This document shows positions 20,611 through 32,356 of a stretch of DNA of 32,502 nt, in pieces. The number at the start of each line of letters is the position of its first letter. Position 1 is the stretch's first letter. The notes beneath the pieces are model-generated. The model was given only the letters and a program-made list of their open reading frames with translations. It was not told the DNA's origin and did no database searches. The DNA is from Nemertoderma westbladi (lineage: Eukaryota; Animalia; Xenacoelomorpha). The translations under genes were made by a program, and so were the position numbers. The stretch covers positions 1-32,502 of the forward strand of contig JAUCBJ010006031.1 in NCBI GenBank assembly GCA_032718475.1. The letters are read 5' to 3'.

Positions 20611-22693
20611 TCACGGAGTTCCCAATCTCCCTCTCCCAATCGCAGAAGATAGATCTAAGATGGTCCGCACTCCATATAAGACAGATCAGTCTTATTAGTC
20701 CTATTTTTATTTACTATCAGTATCTTGATACCGGAACGGCAAGCTGATGTCTAATAAGTAATGAAATGTGGTCTCTATTCTATACCGTAGTCACATTCTT
20801 ATAACTGGTTCTGGTTAGGATTAGTTTGTTTAGTAGTCAATAGTAAACTCTATGCAATGCGCAGATCTGTAGATCCAATAACTTGGAATCAAACGCAATA
20901 AAGAGGCAGCACTGATACCGGTACTACTGTAGGTAGGTAGGTAAGTACCAATTCACTGTTAATACTGCTGTTCTGTGTGCATGACCTACAGTCTTATCAA
21001 TATTATAAAGTCTGCACTACTAAAGTGTTACAGGTGAGACATGTCCCATTCTGTAGCCCTAAATTATTCGATTTACATGTTAAATGTGGGACGTCCCGCC
21101 TTGTAACGATTTTTTGTGTTACAGGCTTTTGTTACAGGTGGGACAAAGCTCATGCTGATAAATGTAAAAGCAACTAAAGTCTATTCCATAGTCAATTGTT
21201 GCCACAAATGATTACTCACGCAAAAGAACAAGAACTTGGCTATCTTCTGATATTTGAATCTTCATATCAAGTTTGTTAGAACTGATTCTAGAGCATGGTA
21301 AAGCAGTGCACTTGGTGTTACACATGGGCCAATCCTAAATTGACATAATCGACTCGCACGTATAAAACCAGCCATATCTCTGGTTGTGTTTAGTATTTTT
21401 TCGTAAAATCTGGAACATTCAACTTCTCGAAGATTTTCCTTTCAAATAAGAATTGAGTTTATAGAATCCAAATAAAAACCTATTGGTGAATTCAGTTGTT
21501 ACCGTTTGGGACAAGTAATTGTCAAAAATAGGGGTATATTATCTATTGTTTTATTTAAATATTATATCAATAAAACAATTGGGGAGTTATTCCATTGCAT
21601 TCCTCTATTATTTAGCTTTAAAATGAGCTATAACTTGTTGAAATACACCCAGTAGATGTCAAAATACATCCCCCACAATGCAATGAACTTTTTTGGACAA
21701 TCGAAAAACCTGCATTTTTTAGTACTAAAAGGTCTGTAAAATCTTTCAAAGTCGGAGTGACAGTATGATTTTTTATGCATCTGTTGGACCAAAAAATTAT
21801 CTTCAAAAATATATATAACTTTACTAGGTTCCAAAAAAATTTCATTCTAAAATTAAGTCGAATCGTGTGGGAAACGTTTTGGGCCACTTTTTGTGAGTTT
21901 GGGCCTGGATCATGGATAGAGAGTAGCAAAAAGGACATAGAAGTTAGGAAAGCAAAGGCTTGGGTAGCTCTATCAAAAATGGATACCATCTGGAAATCAG
22001 ATCTCTCCAGGCACCTGAAGACTAAGTTCTTTCGAGCCACAGTGGAAAGTGTATTTTTATACGGGGGTAAGACCTGGACACTGACTAAATCACTTGAACA
22101 ACGAATTGATGGTTGCTATACAAGACTACTAAGGGCAGCCCTAAACATCAGCTGGAGACAACACATGACAAACGCCGAGCTTTATGGTACAATACCACCT
22201 GTATCAACCACCCTCCGTGAACGCAGATTAAGATTCAGTGGGCACTGCTGGCGAAGTAAAGACGAGGTCATACCAGATCTATTTCTCTGGCAACCAACTC
22301 ATGGAAAGCATAGTCGTGGACGACAGGCCATAACATATAGATCAACTTGAAAGGGATACTGAACTTGGGAGAAACGAAATTGCGACAACTATGGAGAATC
22401 GGGAAGCCTGGAAGGATCTCATTTCCACTGTCCGAGTTCGCTCGACCTAGTAGTTGTAGTAGTAAAACCAAACCCAGACCATTGTCACCATATCCCATAT
22501 TACAGTTTATTTTTGTAGCAGTTCACCCCCGGCGTTGTGACGGCCTGCAGTAAATAATTAATAAATAAATAATAGTACTTAATTAATTGAAATAATGTTA
22601 TTGAGGTCGACATGGAGGCTTTCGTAGTTTATAGTGGTGAGTTTGGGATATGAGGAAGTGCTGTGTTTGGGTTACAGCGCACCAATTAATTGT

Positions 22694-24242
22694 CTACAAG
22701 TTGTTGTTTTTGATTGCTGGTTCTCCATCTACGAGTTGTTGTTTTTTATTGCTGGTTCTCCATCTACGAGTTGTTGTTTTTGATTGCTGGTTCTCCATCT
22801 ACGAGTTGTTGTTTTTGATTGCTGGTTCTCCATCTACGAGTTGTTGTTTTTGATTACTGGTTCTCCATCTACGAGTTGTTGTTTTTGATTGCTGGTTCTC
22901 CATCTACGAGTTGTTGTTTTTTATTGCTGGTTCTCCATCTACGAGTTGTTGTTTTTGATTGCTGGTTCTCCATCTACGAGTTGTTGTTTTTTATTACTGG
23001 TTCTCCATCTACGAGTTGTTGTTTTTGATTGCTGGTTCTCCATCTACGAGTTGTTGTTTTTGATTGCTGGTTCTCCATCTACGAGTTGTTGTTTTTTATT
23101 GCTGGTTCTCCATCTACGAGTTGTTGTTTATGATTGCTGGTTCTCCATCTACGAGTTGTTGTTTTTGATTGCTGGTTCTCCATCTACGAGTTGTTGTTTT
23201 TGATTACTGGTTCTCCATCTACGAGTTGTTGTTTTTGAGTGCTGGTTCTCCATCTACGAGTTGTTGTTTTTGATTGCTGGTTCTCCATCTACGAGTTGCT
23301 GTTTTTTATTGCGGGTTCTCCATCTACGAGTTGTTGTTTTTGATTGCTGGTTCTCCATCTACGAGTTGTTGTTTTTTATTGTTGGTTCTCCATCTACGAG
23401 TTGTTGTTTTTGATTGTTGGTTCTCCATCTACGAGTTGTTGTTTTTGATTGCTGGTTCTCCATCTACGAGTAGTTGTTGTTTTTGATTGCTGGTTCTCCA
23501 TCTACGAGTTGTTGTTTTTGATTGCTGGTTCTCCATTTACGAGTTGTTGTTTTTGATTGCTGGTTCTCCATCTACGAGTTGTTGTTTTTGATTGCTGGTT
23601 CTCCATCTACGAGTTGTTGTTTTTGATTGCTGGTTCTCCATCTACGAGTTGTTGTTTTTGAGTGCTGGTTCTCCATCTACGAGTTGTTGTTTTTGATTGC
23701 TGGTTCTCCATCTACGAGTTGTTGTTTTTGATTGCTGGTTCTCCATCTACGAGTTGTTGTTTTTGATTGCTGGTTCTCCATCTACGAGTTGTTGTTTTTG
23801 ATTGCTGGTTCTCCATCTACGAGTTGTTGTTTTTGATTGCTGGTTCTCCATCTACGAGTTGTTGTTTTTGAGTGCTGGTTCTCCATCTACGAGTAGTTGT
23901 TGTTTTTGATTGATGGTTCTCCATCTACGAGTTGTTGTTTTTGATTGTTGGTTCTCCATCTACGAGTTGTTGTTTTTTATTGCTGGTTCTCCATCTACGA
24001 GTAGTTGTTGTTTTTGATTGATGGTTCTCCATCTACGAGTTGTTGTTTTTGATTGTTGGTTCTCCATCTACGAGTTGTTGTTTTTGATTGCTGGTTCTCC
24101 ATCTACGAGTTGTTGTTTTTGATTGCTGGTTCTCCATCTACGAGTTGTTGTTTTTGATTGCTGGTTCTCCATCTACGAGTTGTTGTTTTTGATTGCTGGT
24201 TCTCCATCTACGAGTTGTTGTTTTTGATTGCTGGTTCTCCAT
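22694..24242 (+). repeat. 35-bp minisatellite, about 44 copies
   Basis: Unit CTACGAGTTGTTGTTTTTGATTGCTGGTTCTCCAT head to tail, with no spacers. Confidence 0.98.
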
Positions 24243-25412
24243 AAACACCAAAGTCTGCTTCATTGCGCCACTCTTTATAATAATAGGCGCTATTCCGGGC
24301 TGATTTATAACAAAGAATACTAGAGAAAACGTCCGAATATAGTCTTTGGAATATGTTCGAGCTATCTAACGACTTCAATTTTTTATTTATTATTTTTCAT
24401 TAAATTTTTTTATAGGGGTTAATAAAATAAATTATAATTAATTAGGCCCTATTTCAAATTCGATTGGTTGAAAAAAAAATATACTAAATTTAATAAATTC
24501 GAATTGTTTGTTATTTTTCAACCAATCACTACAGTGTTATTTTTCAACCAATCACTACAGTATCTCCTGGACCGGCGTCTAATATGCTTGGCGTGGATTC
24601 GGCGCAGGGAATGAATCTTTTCAATACATATGGTAAGCTACTGTACAAAGGTAACTAAGTATCCAGAGTCAAACTCCTACTTACATAGGAGTTTCCCAAT
24701 ATCAATATCAGATTCACAACAAGAAGATTATTGTTTCTGTCAGAGTGTCAGACATGAAGACTGAACAATTATCTATTTTTATCTCAAATAATAGACTGTC
24801 TTCTGTCTGTCTGTGACCAATAATTGAGTTTATGTTCCAGCTAGAGAAAATTAAAAAAGACTAAATAGAGGCATTATATATCGTCTCGACGAATTAACAA
24901 TGTTAATAATACCCCAGACCACAGACCACCACCACTGTAATTTGTTCAAGTAAAGTTTTCTTCGGCCGTTAGGCTAGGGACTACGTTTAAACAACGTGTA
25001 CTACTTACTTACTTCCAGCTGCACCATGGATATTACCTATCTAACGCATTCGTGCCACAACGAAAACTACCCTGGTCTCCTACAGTATTGTCATGGAAAC
25101 TAGAAATTACTGGAATTGTGAATTTAAGCTTTAATAATGATCCATATTGTTGTTCAGATGGCACATACTAGAGTTGCAACGGGATCGGGATCCACAATTT
25201 TCGGGATTCGAGATTGCAACTGTCGGGATTGGGATTCTTTTATTTTATTGCGGCCACACCCATTGACAAAAATGTTTGTTTTGTTATGAAGTTAAGAGTA
25301 ATGTAAAGTCTGAAAGTGATGTGCGTATTGTGGTTTAGACTTTTCCGTGTAGGTGCAGCCCACACGTAGCCGATGGAATAAGAGAGCCTTTAGCATAAGG
25401 GATGGGTACAAT

Positions 25413-25450
25413 CATGGAATCTCTATAAAGATATACTGTAGCATTCCATG
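25413..25450. mobile_element. 38-bp P-like mini-element or excision footprint
   Basis: CATGGAAT...ATTCCATG inverted ends flanked by GTACAAT (25406-25412) and GTACCAT (25451-25457). Confidence 0.5.
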
Positions 25451-26508
25451 GTACCATTGTAACGAGTTGTCTGTCGTCGTAAATTTTTAATCGCTAATAA
25501 CTCGGTCATTCCTTTATGAAATTAAACCAAACTTGGTACATAAGTAGTCCGTCAAAAGTTTAGAAAGAATCTGAAATTTGGTCAATAATGAGATATTCTG
25601 TCAGTCGGTACCGGTAGCTTCAGACTTTTGATAAAAACCGAAATAAGTCTGTCAATCATTGATTAAATTAAACCAAACTTTGTAATTATGTCGTCTGTCA
25701 GGATTTCGTAATTGTACACAGACAAACTTCTATATAGTTCATATATGTCTGCCCCTTATACATTTTTACTTATTGAGTTAATCAATTAATTCACAATCTA
25801 ATCAATCAGTGCGGCTTACTGGCAAATGCCATGGTACATAAGTTATGTTTTATGTATTACAGTAGTCAGTTTGTTAGATTTTCAAGGCATTTTGACAAAA
25901 TTTTGCATCCAAATATTAACTCATCAAATTTTACAGATCCCTTACATTCACATTCTTACATTAACATAGGGGAGTATATGTTAAAGCAAAAGCCAAGCAA
26001 ATTTATGTTTTAAATAGTCTATGTAAGAGTCCATTAAAATGCCCACTTTGTGGTAGAGCTGTTTTTTACCTTAATGTGGGCACATTTTTAAATTTAAAAA
26101 AATGTATAAATAACTGAAATATAATAAATTGTTAAATACTTATTGTGAAGATTAGATATCGAACTTTCATTTAATTATACTTCGTGATACTTCCCTTAAA
26201 ATTATGATGGAAAACATGGTTGTCGGGGTATGTTAAAAAAGACCATTCCAAAATTAAGAAATTTCAATAGATTAATTTTAATTTCCAGCCAAATACCGTA
26301 CATTAAAATAACACTAACACTAACTTTACACAATCCTCTCCAGAAAAGATGTGAGTGTGACTAAAATTGAATATTGTCATAAAAGTGCGCTAAAAGATGG
26401 GTATTCCGTGGATGGGATGTAAGTTTGATTATAATGGAATCATTTACGGTTTGTTCATTTTCAACAGTAAATTTATTACTAATATACATGTATATGGAAG
26501 CAAACAGA

Positions 26509-27150
26509 TTCAATTCAATTAGATTTATTTATTCTGTTATAATAAGAGTAAAATAATTAATGTCACAAAAAACAATAGTTAATACTTACGGAAAGGGATA
26601 AACGCGAGTAGCACAAATGTGGTAGTAAATTGCATTCAATCCTGCCGGTGGTATAAATGTTGTACAAGTTATAACGCTACATACAAGCTCCTCCCACCAC
26701 GCCAAGCCGTGACACACTGCGGCCCCACAGTGATTCTGGTAGGTAATTCCAAAGAAATGGTCCTGAGTATGATATAGAACGTTGACCGACAATTTTATTT
26801 GCAGTGGTTGATCGTGTCCGAAGTGAATGTTAATGAATTGTTTAAGTCAGATGTATCATATTTATAAAATATGCCGTGCATGAAGGATAATAATTGTAAA
26901 CGATGTAAATGTTGAATTGGTAATATTTTAAGTTTTTTACAAAGTGGAAATAATGAAGTGAGTCTATCTGATAAAGTAATGCAGCGTAATATTTTATTGA
27001 TTTTGATACGAATGTTGTTTATGGATGTGGATGCAGCATTATTACCCCAGATAAGTAGATTAATAGGACGGATGAATTGTACTACATGTAACCGTTGCTG
27101 GGTGTGTAGATATCTTATTACACAAAATCCTAAATGACTCAATGATTCAA
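26509..27150 (-). mobile_element. 3' fragment of an L2/CR1-group (Crack/Daphne-like) LINE
   Basis: LLIWGNNAASTSINNIRIKINKILRCITLSDRLTSLFPLCKKLKILPIQHLHRLQLLSFM matches the post-RT region of these LINEs; minus-strand end AATAAATAAATCTAATTGAATTGAA. Confidence 0.7.
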
Positions 27151-27925
27151 AATGAATGTATACGTTACGTATACGTATACCGAACTCGTTCGAGACAGAG
27201 TGTCGCCATTTAATAGGCCTCTCGCCGTGTAACAGACCCAGGTACTATAGAACTAGTATTATGACGCCTTCAGACAGTGTCGCCATTTTATAATGACTCT
27301 ACAGTATACTGAAGCTACACAAAGGAGCAGGATAAGGTGAGAAGTGATTATCTAATAATACTGTAACACACACATCAGATAACACGTCACTCCCTTATTA
27401 GCCTGTGGTCTGTATCAATGCCTCACAGCCTCAGTGGGTGGTCTCCAGTACTACGGCAAGGCCCAACTCATCTAAGGGTAAGTTAGCAATCTGTAAATAA
27501 TAAAAATTAAAGCGAGCCGACATTTAGTCAGAGCAACCAAATAAATGGTCAAGGAGACAGACTTAGCTTAGGAGACAGACTTAGCTTAGGAGACAGATTT
27601 AGCTGGTCGAGTTAAAACGCCTCTCCATAACGACCAAATAGCCCATAGGAATGAATACACTACATTTATTTGGTCATTTTGGCCGCCAAAATGGTCAAGT
27701 TAACGCTTATTGGGATTGGGATTGGGACTGTATAAAAGGCCCCCCTTTAACTCTATCAATCCTGGGAGTGGGGGGGGGGGGGGGGTGTCATTTATAATTT
27801 TTTTAAATTTCATCTGTATCTTGGAAACAGTTTGAAACTGTTTTTTAAAAACAGAGATTTCTTTTTCAGGCTGAAATTTTCAAATTTGTTTTTAGAAAAT
27901 GAAAAGAGATAGAAATGAAAATGTT

Positions 27926-28150
27926 GACATTGTCGCCACAACGTAACGCCGACACTGTCGGTACAACGTAACGCCGACACTGTCCGCACAACGTAACAGA
28001 CGTTACGTATAACGTAACGTTATAACGTATAACGTAACACCGAGACTCAGCACAGCACATTATCTGCACACTGTCGGCGCTCGGCACAACGTTATACCGA
28101 CACTGTTGGAATAAACGTAACGCCGACATTGTCGGCACAGCGTTTACACC
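27926..28150 (+). repeat. Degenerate ~24-bp CpG-rich repeat
   Basis: GACACTGTCGGCACAACGTAACGCC variants repeated several times with ACGTAA/ACGTTA filler. Confidence 0.75.
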
Positions 28151-29175
28151 CACAACACAGCAACATTCTGACATGTCAGGCTGCTGTCAGGCTGTACTTC
28201 AGTCAGTCACTTACACTTACACTTACACTTAGTCTTACACTTACAGACGTATGGCTGGACGTAGCGCAGTAGTGCTGTAGTGCTGACTGGTGCTGTCAGG
28301 CTGTAGTGGAAGAACTATCTGACTATCAGACTACAGGACTACAACAACAACTAACTGACTAAGCTTGGTAGTAATTTTGTGAAAATTCGTATTTCTCATT
28401 TCACTGTTTCACTACACCTGTCTGCCTGTCAGCCTGTACACAGCTACACCAACTGACCAAGCAGGATTTTATAGGGCTCGATCGGAGTTGGGATTTGGCC
28501 GGAGCCGGAGCAGGAGCCGGAGTTGGACAATTTGGCCGGAGCCGGAGCAGGAGCCGGAGTTTTTCAAAAATTTTAAAAATTTAATTATTTATTTAAAAAA
28601 AAATAAAGTTTGGTTATCGTTCGCCAATCGCTCATAATCAATCATACTGTCAGACTGTAGGTATAATTAATTTCATAATTTATAGATTTACGAATTTTCA
28701 ATTTAAAATTTAAGTAATTAATTTATCACTGTATCATGGACAGACGGCCTGACGCTGACGGCGACGGCCTGATGCTGACGGCGACGGCCTAACGGCTAAA
28801 AATTACCTACAGTACCTACCTCCCTAACTGTCTAACTATGGTAGAGGTGTGTACTGTAGGTAGCCTACCGTACGTGTACCAGTAGGCCTACTGCAGTACA
28901 GTACTGTCTGACTGTGCAGTATGCTGGCATGACAGCAGTAAATTGCTGCAGTGGTACTGTCTGACTAGGGCTCAACAGAAGCTTCGGCTTCGGTTCGGTT
29001 CGGGCCGAAGTTTGGCAATTTCGGTTCGGTTCGGCTTCTGCAATTGATACTGCAGAAGCCCGGAGCAAACTTTGCTAAATATTCCAAGTATTACATTGAC
29101 TGATTGAGCTAAGACCAGAAGACAGTAAGACTAATCAATCTGTCCATCGTTGTCAGGTTGTACTAATTAATTTTG

Positions 29176-30818
29176 GAGTGTAAACGTTAAGCAGACACTG
29201 GTGCAGACAGTGGTGCAGCGTGCAGACAGTGGTGCAGACAGAGATGCAGACAGTGGTGCAGACACCTGGTGCAGACAGTGGTGCACGCACTGGTGCAGAC
29301 AGTAGTGCAGACAGTGGTACAGACACAGGTGCAGACAGTGGTGCAGACACTGGTGCAGACAGTGGTGCAGACACCTGGTGCAGACAGTGGTGCAGACACT
29401 GGTGCAGGCAGTGGTGCAGACACTGGTGCAGACAGTGGTGCAGACACTGGTGCAGACAGTGGTGCAGACACTGGTGCAGACAGTGGTGCAGACACTTGTG
29501 GAGAGACCATTGCGCAGCATGTGGCGAACTGTAACATTGTGAAACAATGAACAATCTGTTGAAACGTTTGAAAGACCTTCGCGCAGCACGTGGCGCACTG
29601 TAACATTGTGTAACAAGCTGTTCAAATGTTTAAGAGACCTTCGCACAGCACGTGGCTTACTGTAACATTGTGTAACAATCTGTTGAAACGTTTGAGAGAC
29701 CTTTGCGCAGCACGTGGCGCACTGTAACATTGTGTAACAAGCTGTTCAAATCGCGCAGCACGTGGCTTACTGTAAAATTGTGTAACAATCTGTTGAAACG
29801 TTTGAGAGACCTTCGCGCAGCACGTGGCGCACTGTAACATTGTGTAACAAGCTGTTGAAACGTTTAAGATACCTTCGCGTTCGCGCAGTATGTGAGACAC
29901 TAAAACAATATATTATTGAAACGATTAAGAGGTCTATTTATTTTCCATCATAGCTAACACCCCAATTCATGATATTGGCTGAGGCTGATTGAATGGGATA
30001 ATCTTTTTAGGCTCATTAAGCCAAGGAATGCCTGTTCACCACCATGGATGATATTCTATAGTAAACCTCTTCCATTATGTTTTCCAAAGTTGCCTTGGTT
30101 CCCATTTATCGACCACTCACAAGAACCATCTAGGGATCGAAACTGGGCTTCCTAATTGGAAGCCCAGGAATGTCACCAATAGACCAAGCTGCTGCTTGGT
30201 CTAGGGTCTAGCTGCAGCTGTGCTTCTAGCTGTCTAGCGTAAAACTGTGCTGTACAGCTGCACATGGTACAGCTCTAGTCGTGCCCATATAGCCTTATGG
30301 TCGGACCCCTGTACCTTGTTACTAGTGTTACAGCAGTCATCCTCCATAGCATCTCTGCAAACAAAGTCCAATTTTGGAATGTATGAATACATTTCTGCAA
30401 AAGCATGGTAGGAATAATGAATTTGGCACAAAAAACATATTTATTGAAAAATGATAGAATTTATGATGGAAATATACTTGCAGGACTTTAAAATATTTTT
30501 TTTTAATTTAGAAAAGTCCAATTTTGGAGTATATTCCGATTTCGGAATCTACCCTCGCACAAAGTTCCAAAATTGTAATAAGTCAAAAATCGCCTATATC
30601 ACCGACTGCCAGTGTCTGCACCACTGTCTGCACCACTGTCTGCACCACTGTCTGCACCACTGTCCGCACCAGGTGTCTGCACCACTGTCTGCACCAGTGT
30701 CTGCACCACTGTCTGCACCACTGTCTGCACGCTGCACCACTGTCTGCACCAGTGTCTGCACCACTGGCCGCACCAGGTGTCTGCAGTCTGCACCACTGTC
30801 TGCTTAACGTTTACACCC
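29176..30818. mobile_element. Mutator/Foldback-type element with modular long TIRs
   Basis: Ends G(A/G)GTGTAAACGTTAAGCAGACA followed by 12-bp GGTGCAGACA(G/C)T arrays (29190-29495 and, inverted, 30609-30803); 9-bp TSD TTAATTTTG at 29167-29175 and 30819-30827. Confidence 0.9.
29512..29890 (+). repeat. ~61-bp tandem repeat, about 6 copies, inside the Foldback element
   Basis: GCGCAGCACGTGGCGCACTGTAACATTGTGTAACAA(G/T)CTGTTGAAACGTTT(A/G)AGAGACCTTC. Confidence 0.9.
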
Positions 30819-32302
30819 TTAATTTTGGACTGAACTTCCATTTAAATGGCATGTTTTTTTTAATTGTTTCCAGGTTATTTGGGTAGTTTCAAAATTAGCT
30901 TAATTATATAGTAGTTTAGGTTAGGCTAAATATTGCTTTTTTACTTTGTAGTACCTATTTTTTAATTAATCATAACTTTGATACATAATACCAAATATAC
31001 CTACTACCTCATATAGGCCTAAATAGTATTACAAAGACTACCTGTACTTTTAGTGAGGTTTTCTAAATTTGATGTCACTACTGTACGGCTTACTTTACTA
31101 CAGGTGAAAATGTGGTGCATACAGTAAGTATACAGTAGTTTAGGTTAGTAATGTACAGTAATGTAAATATTGCCATTTTATTTTGTAGTACTTATTTTTT
31201 TAATTAATCATAGCTTTCTTGCTAAGTCCGCAGACCAAATAGGTACCAGTCTGCCACTGCCAGTCAGCCAGTATAGTGACGTAAATACGAATTTATGACC
31301 ATAACTTGCTTACTTTCTAAACTTCGGTTCGGATTCGGTTCGGTTCGGCCCGAAGTTGGCCCTGCTTCGGTTCGGTTCGGTTCGGCCCCATAAAGTGCCT
31401 TCTGTTGAACCCTATGTCTGACAGTGTACAATCATAGCATTTACAATTTTTTAAAGTAGGGCCTATCTGTAATCAGGTAATAGTCTGCTAGTCAGCTAGC
31501 TGGCCAGTACCAGTACTGCAGTACAGTCAGTCAGTCATTGACTTTAAGTAAATACTGCAGTATTATCAGATTATACTTGATATTGAAGCTGTAGGCCCTA
31601 CTACAGTACTACAGTACTTATAGTGTTAAATAATTGTTCAGATTAGAATATGCACGAAATATAATACTTTATTAAAAAATTAACTCCGGCAATATTTTTA
31701 CCGGAGCCGGAGCAGGAGCCGGAGGTGCCAAAATGGCCGGAGCCGGAGGCTGGAGCTCCGATCGAGCCCGAAGCAGGAAGCTGCCAAGATCATTTCTCGG
31801 TTCGTATAACTGGTCAGCTGGTCTGGTAGAATCTCAACGATCTGACAGTCTGAAGCCTGGAAGGTGTGACTGCTTCCAGTTAGACTACGGTAGGTCAGTA
31901 GGTCCTACTGTCTGACTGTCCTACGAACGCGCTACCGGTACCGGTGGCAGACCGGCACTTATTTTTATTCTGAAGTTGTTTAGCATTAGCGGTAGCCGGT
32001 CACCGGTAGGCCTATTACTGTATTAGGCAGTTCTGCAGTTAGGCTGTTACTGTGTTAGGTATTAGGCTAAGATTACCAGATTAGCCTACTTATGACTTAG
32101 CTGCTTATGGCTGTATGGGGTGACAGACCGAACGTAATCAGGATCGAATGTAACATGGTTTTTACGAATCGAACGTAACCTAAATTATGTTACCGGTACA
32201 GTTACATTGGATCCTATAACTATGTTACATTCGATCTACAAATTACTAAGCTCGAATGTAACATACATTTCTGCATTTATTTCAGTTGTGTTTTGATTTC
32301 AG

Positions 32303-32356
32303 GAGATAACCGATGAAATGCTTCGTTTATTTACAGGAAGAAACAGTTTGGTGTTG
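32303..32356 (+). other. Candidate 54-nt internal exon of an unidentified gene
   Basis: TTTTGATTTCAG acceptor, GTGAGT donor, open phase-0 frame EITDEMLRLFTGRNSLVL. No homology recognised. Confidence 0.25.

Larger units (their letters stand above)
16318..21905. mobile_element. 5.6-kb TIR DNA transposon inserted in the LINE; superfamily unresolved
   Basis: TIRs GGCTCAAAATCACAAAAAGTGGCC and reverse complement GGCCCAAACTCACAAAAAGTGGCC; TGGA duplicated at 16314-16317 and 21906-21909. Subterminal motif TTGTCCCAC..TGTAAC on the left (about 16498, 16571), inverted on the right (about 21027, 21130, 21497). Confidence 0.9.
15859..22462 (+). mobile_element. 5'-truncated RTE-clade LINE in two pieces (15859-16317 and 21910-22462)
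   Basis: YGIPE...GVLQGDTLAPLLF...DFADDIAL...VDDFQYLG continues in register as SWIESSKKDIEVRKAKAW...FFRATVESVFLYG...RRLRFSGHCWR. TAG-repeat tail; 24-bp TSD TAAAACCAAACCCAGACCATTGTC at 15835-15858 and 22463-22486. Confidence 0.95.
28966..31414. mobile_element. Inner non-autonomous hAT-like element
   Basis: TIR TAGGG(C/T)TCAACAGAAG (15/16); perfect 8-bp TSD TGTCTGAC at 28958-28965 and 31415-31422; subterminal TTCGG arrays at both ends. Confidence 0.93.
28472..31771. mobile_element. Outer non-autonomous hAT-like element
   Basis: TIR TAGGGCTCGATCGGAG ... CTCCGATCGAGCCCGA (14-bp perfect core); subterminal CCGGAG arrays at both ends; AAGCAGGA at 28459-28466 and 31771-31778 as candidate 8-bp TSD, left junction offset by 5 bp. 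Confidence 0.8.

Noticed and set aside
22694-24242. CRISPR-like 35-bp repeat length
   Set aside because: Units are head to tail with no unique spacers, no cas genes, eukaryotic context.
24561-24632. Possible 72-nt exon (CAG/GTAAGC, SPGPASNMLGVDSAQGMNLFNTY)
   Set aside because: Acceptor lies in a local tandem duplication with a weak pyrimidine tract; no homology recognised.
25169-25240. hAT-like left end TAGAGTTGCAAC with CGGGAT repeats
   Set aside because: No matching right TIR or TSD found.
29153-30886. Cys/His-rich ORFs resembling metallothionein (CLHH, CTTV repeats)
   Set aside because: Translations of the 12-bp TIR module of the Foldback element.
32114-32265. Repeated and inverted TCGAATGTAACAT motifs, MITE-like
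   Set aside because: Only one plausible terminus; boundaries not definable.
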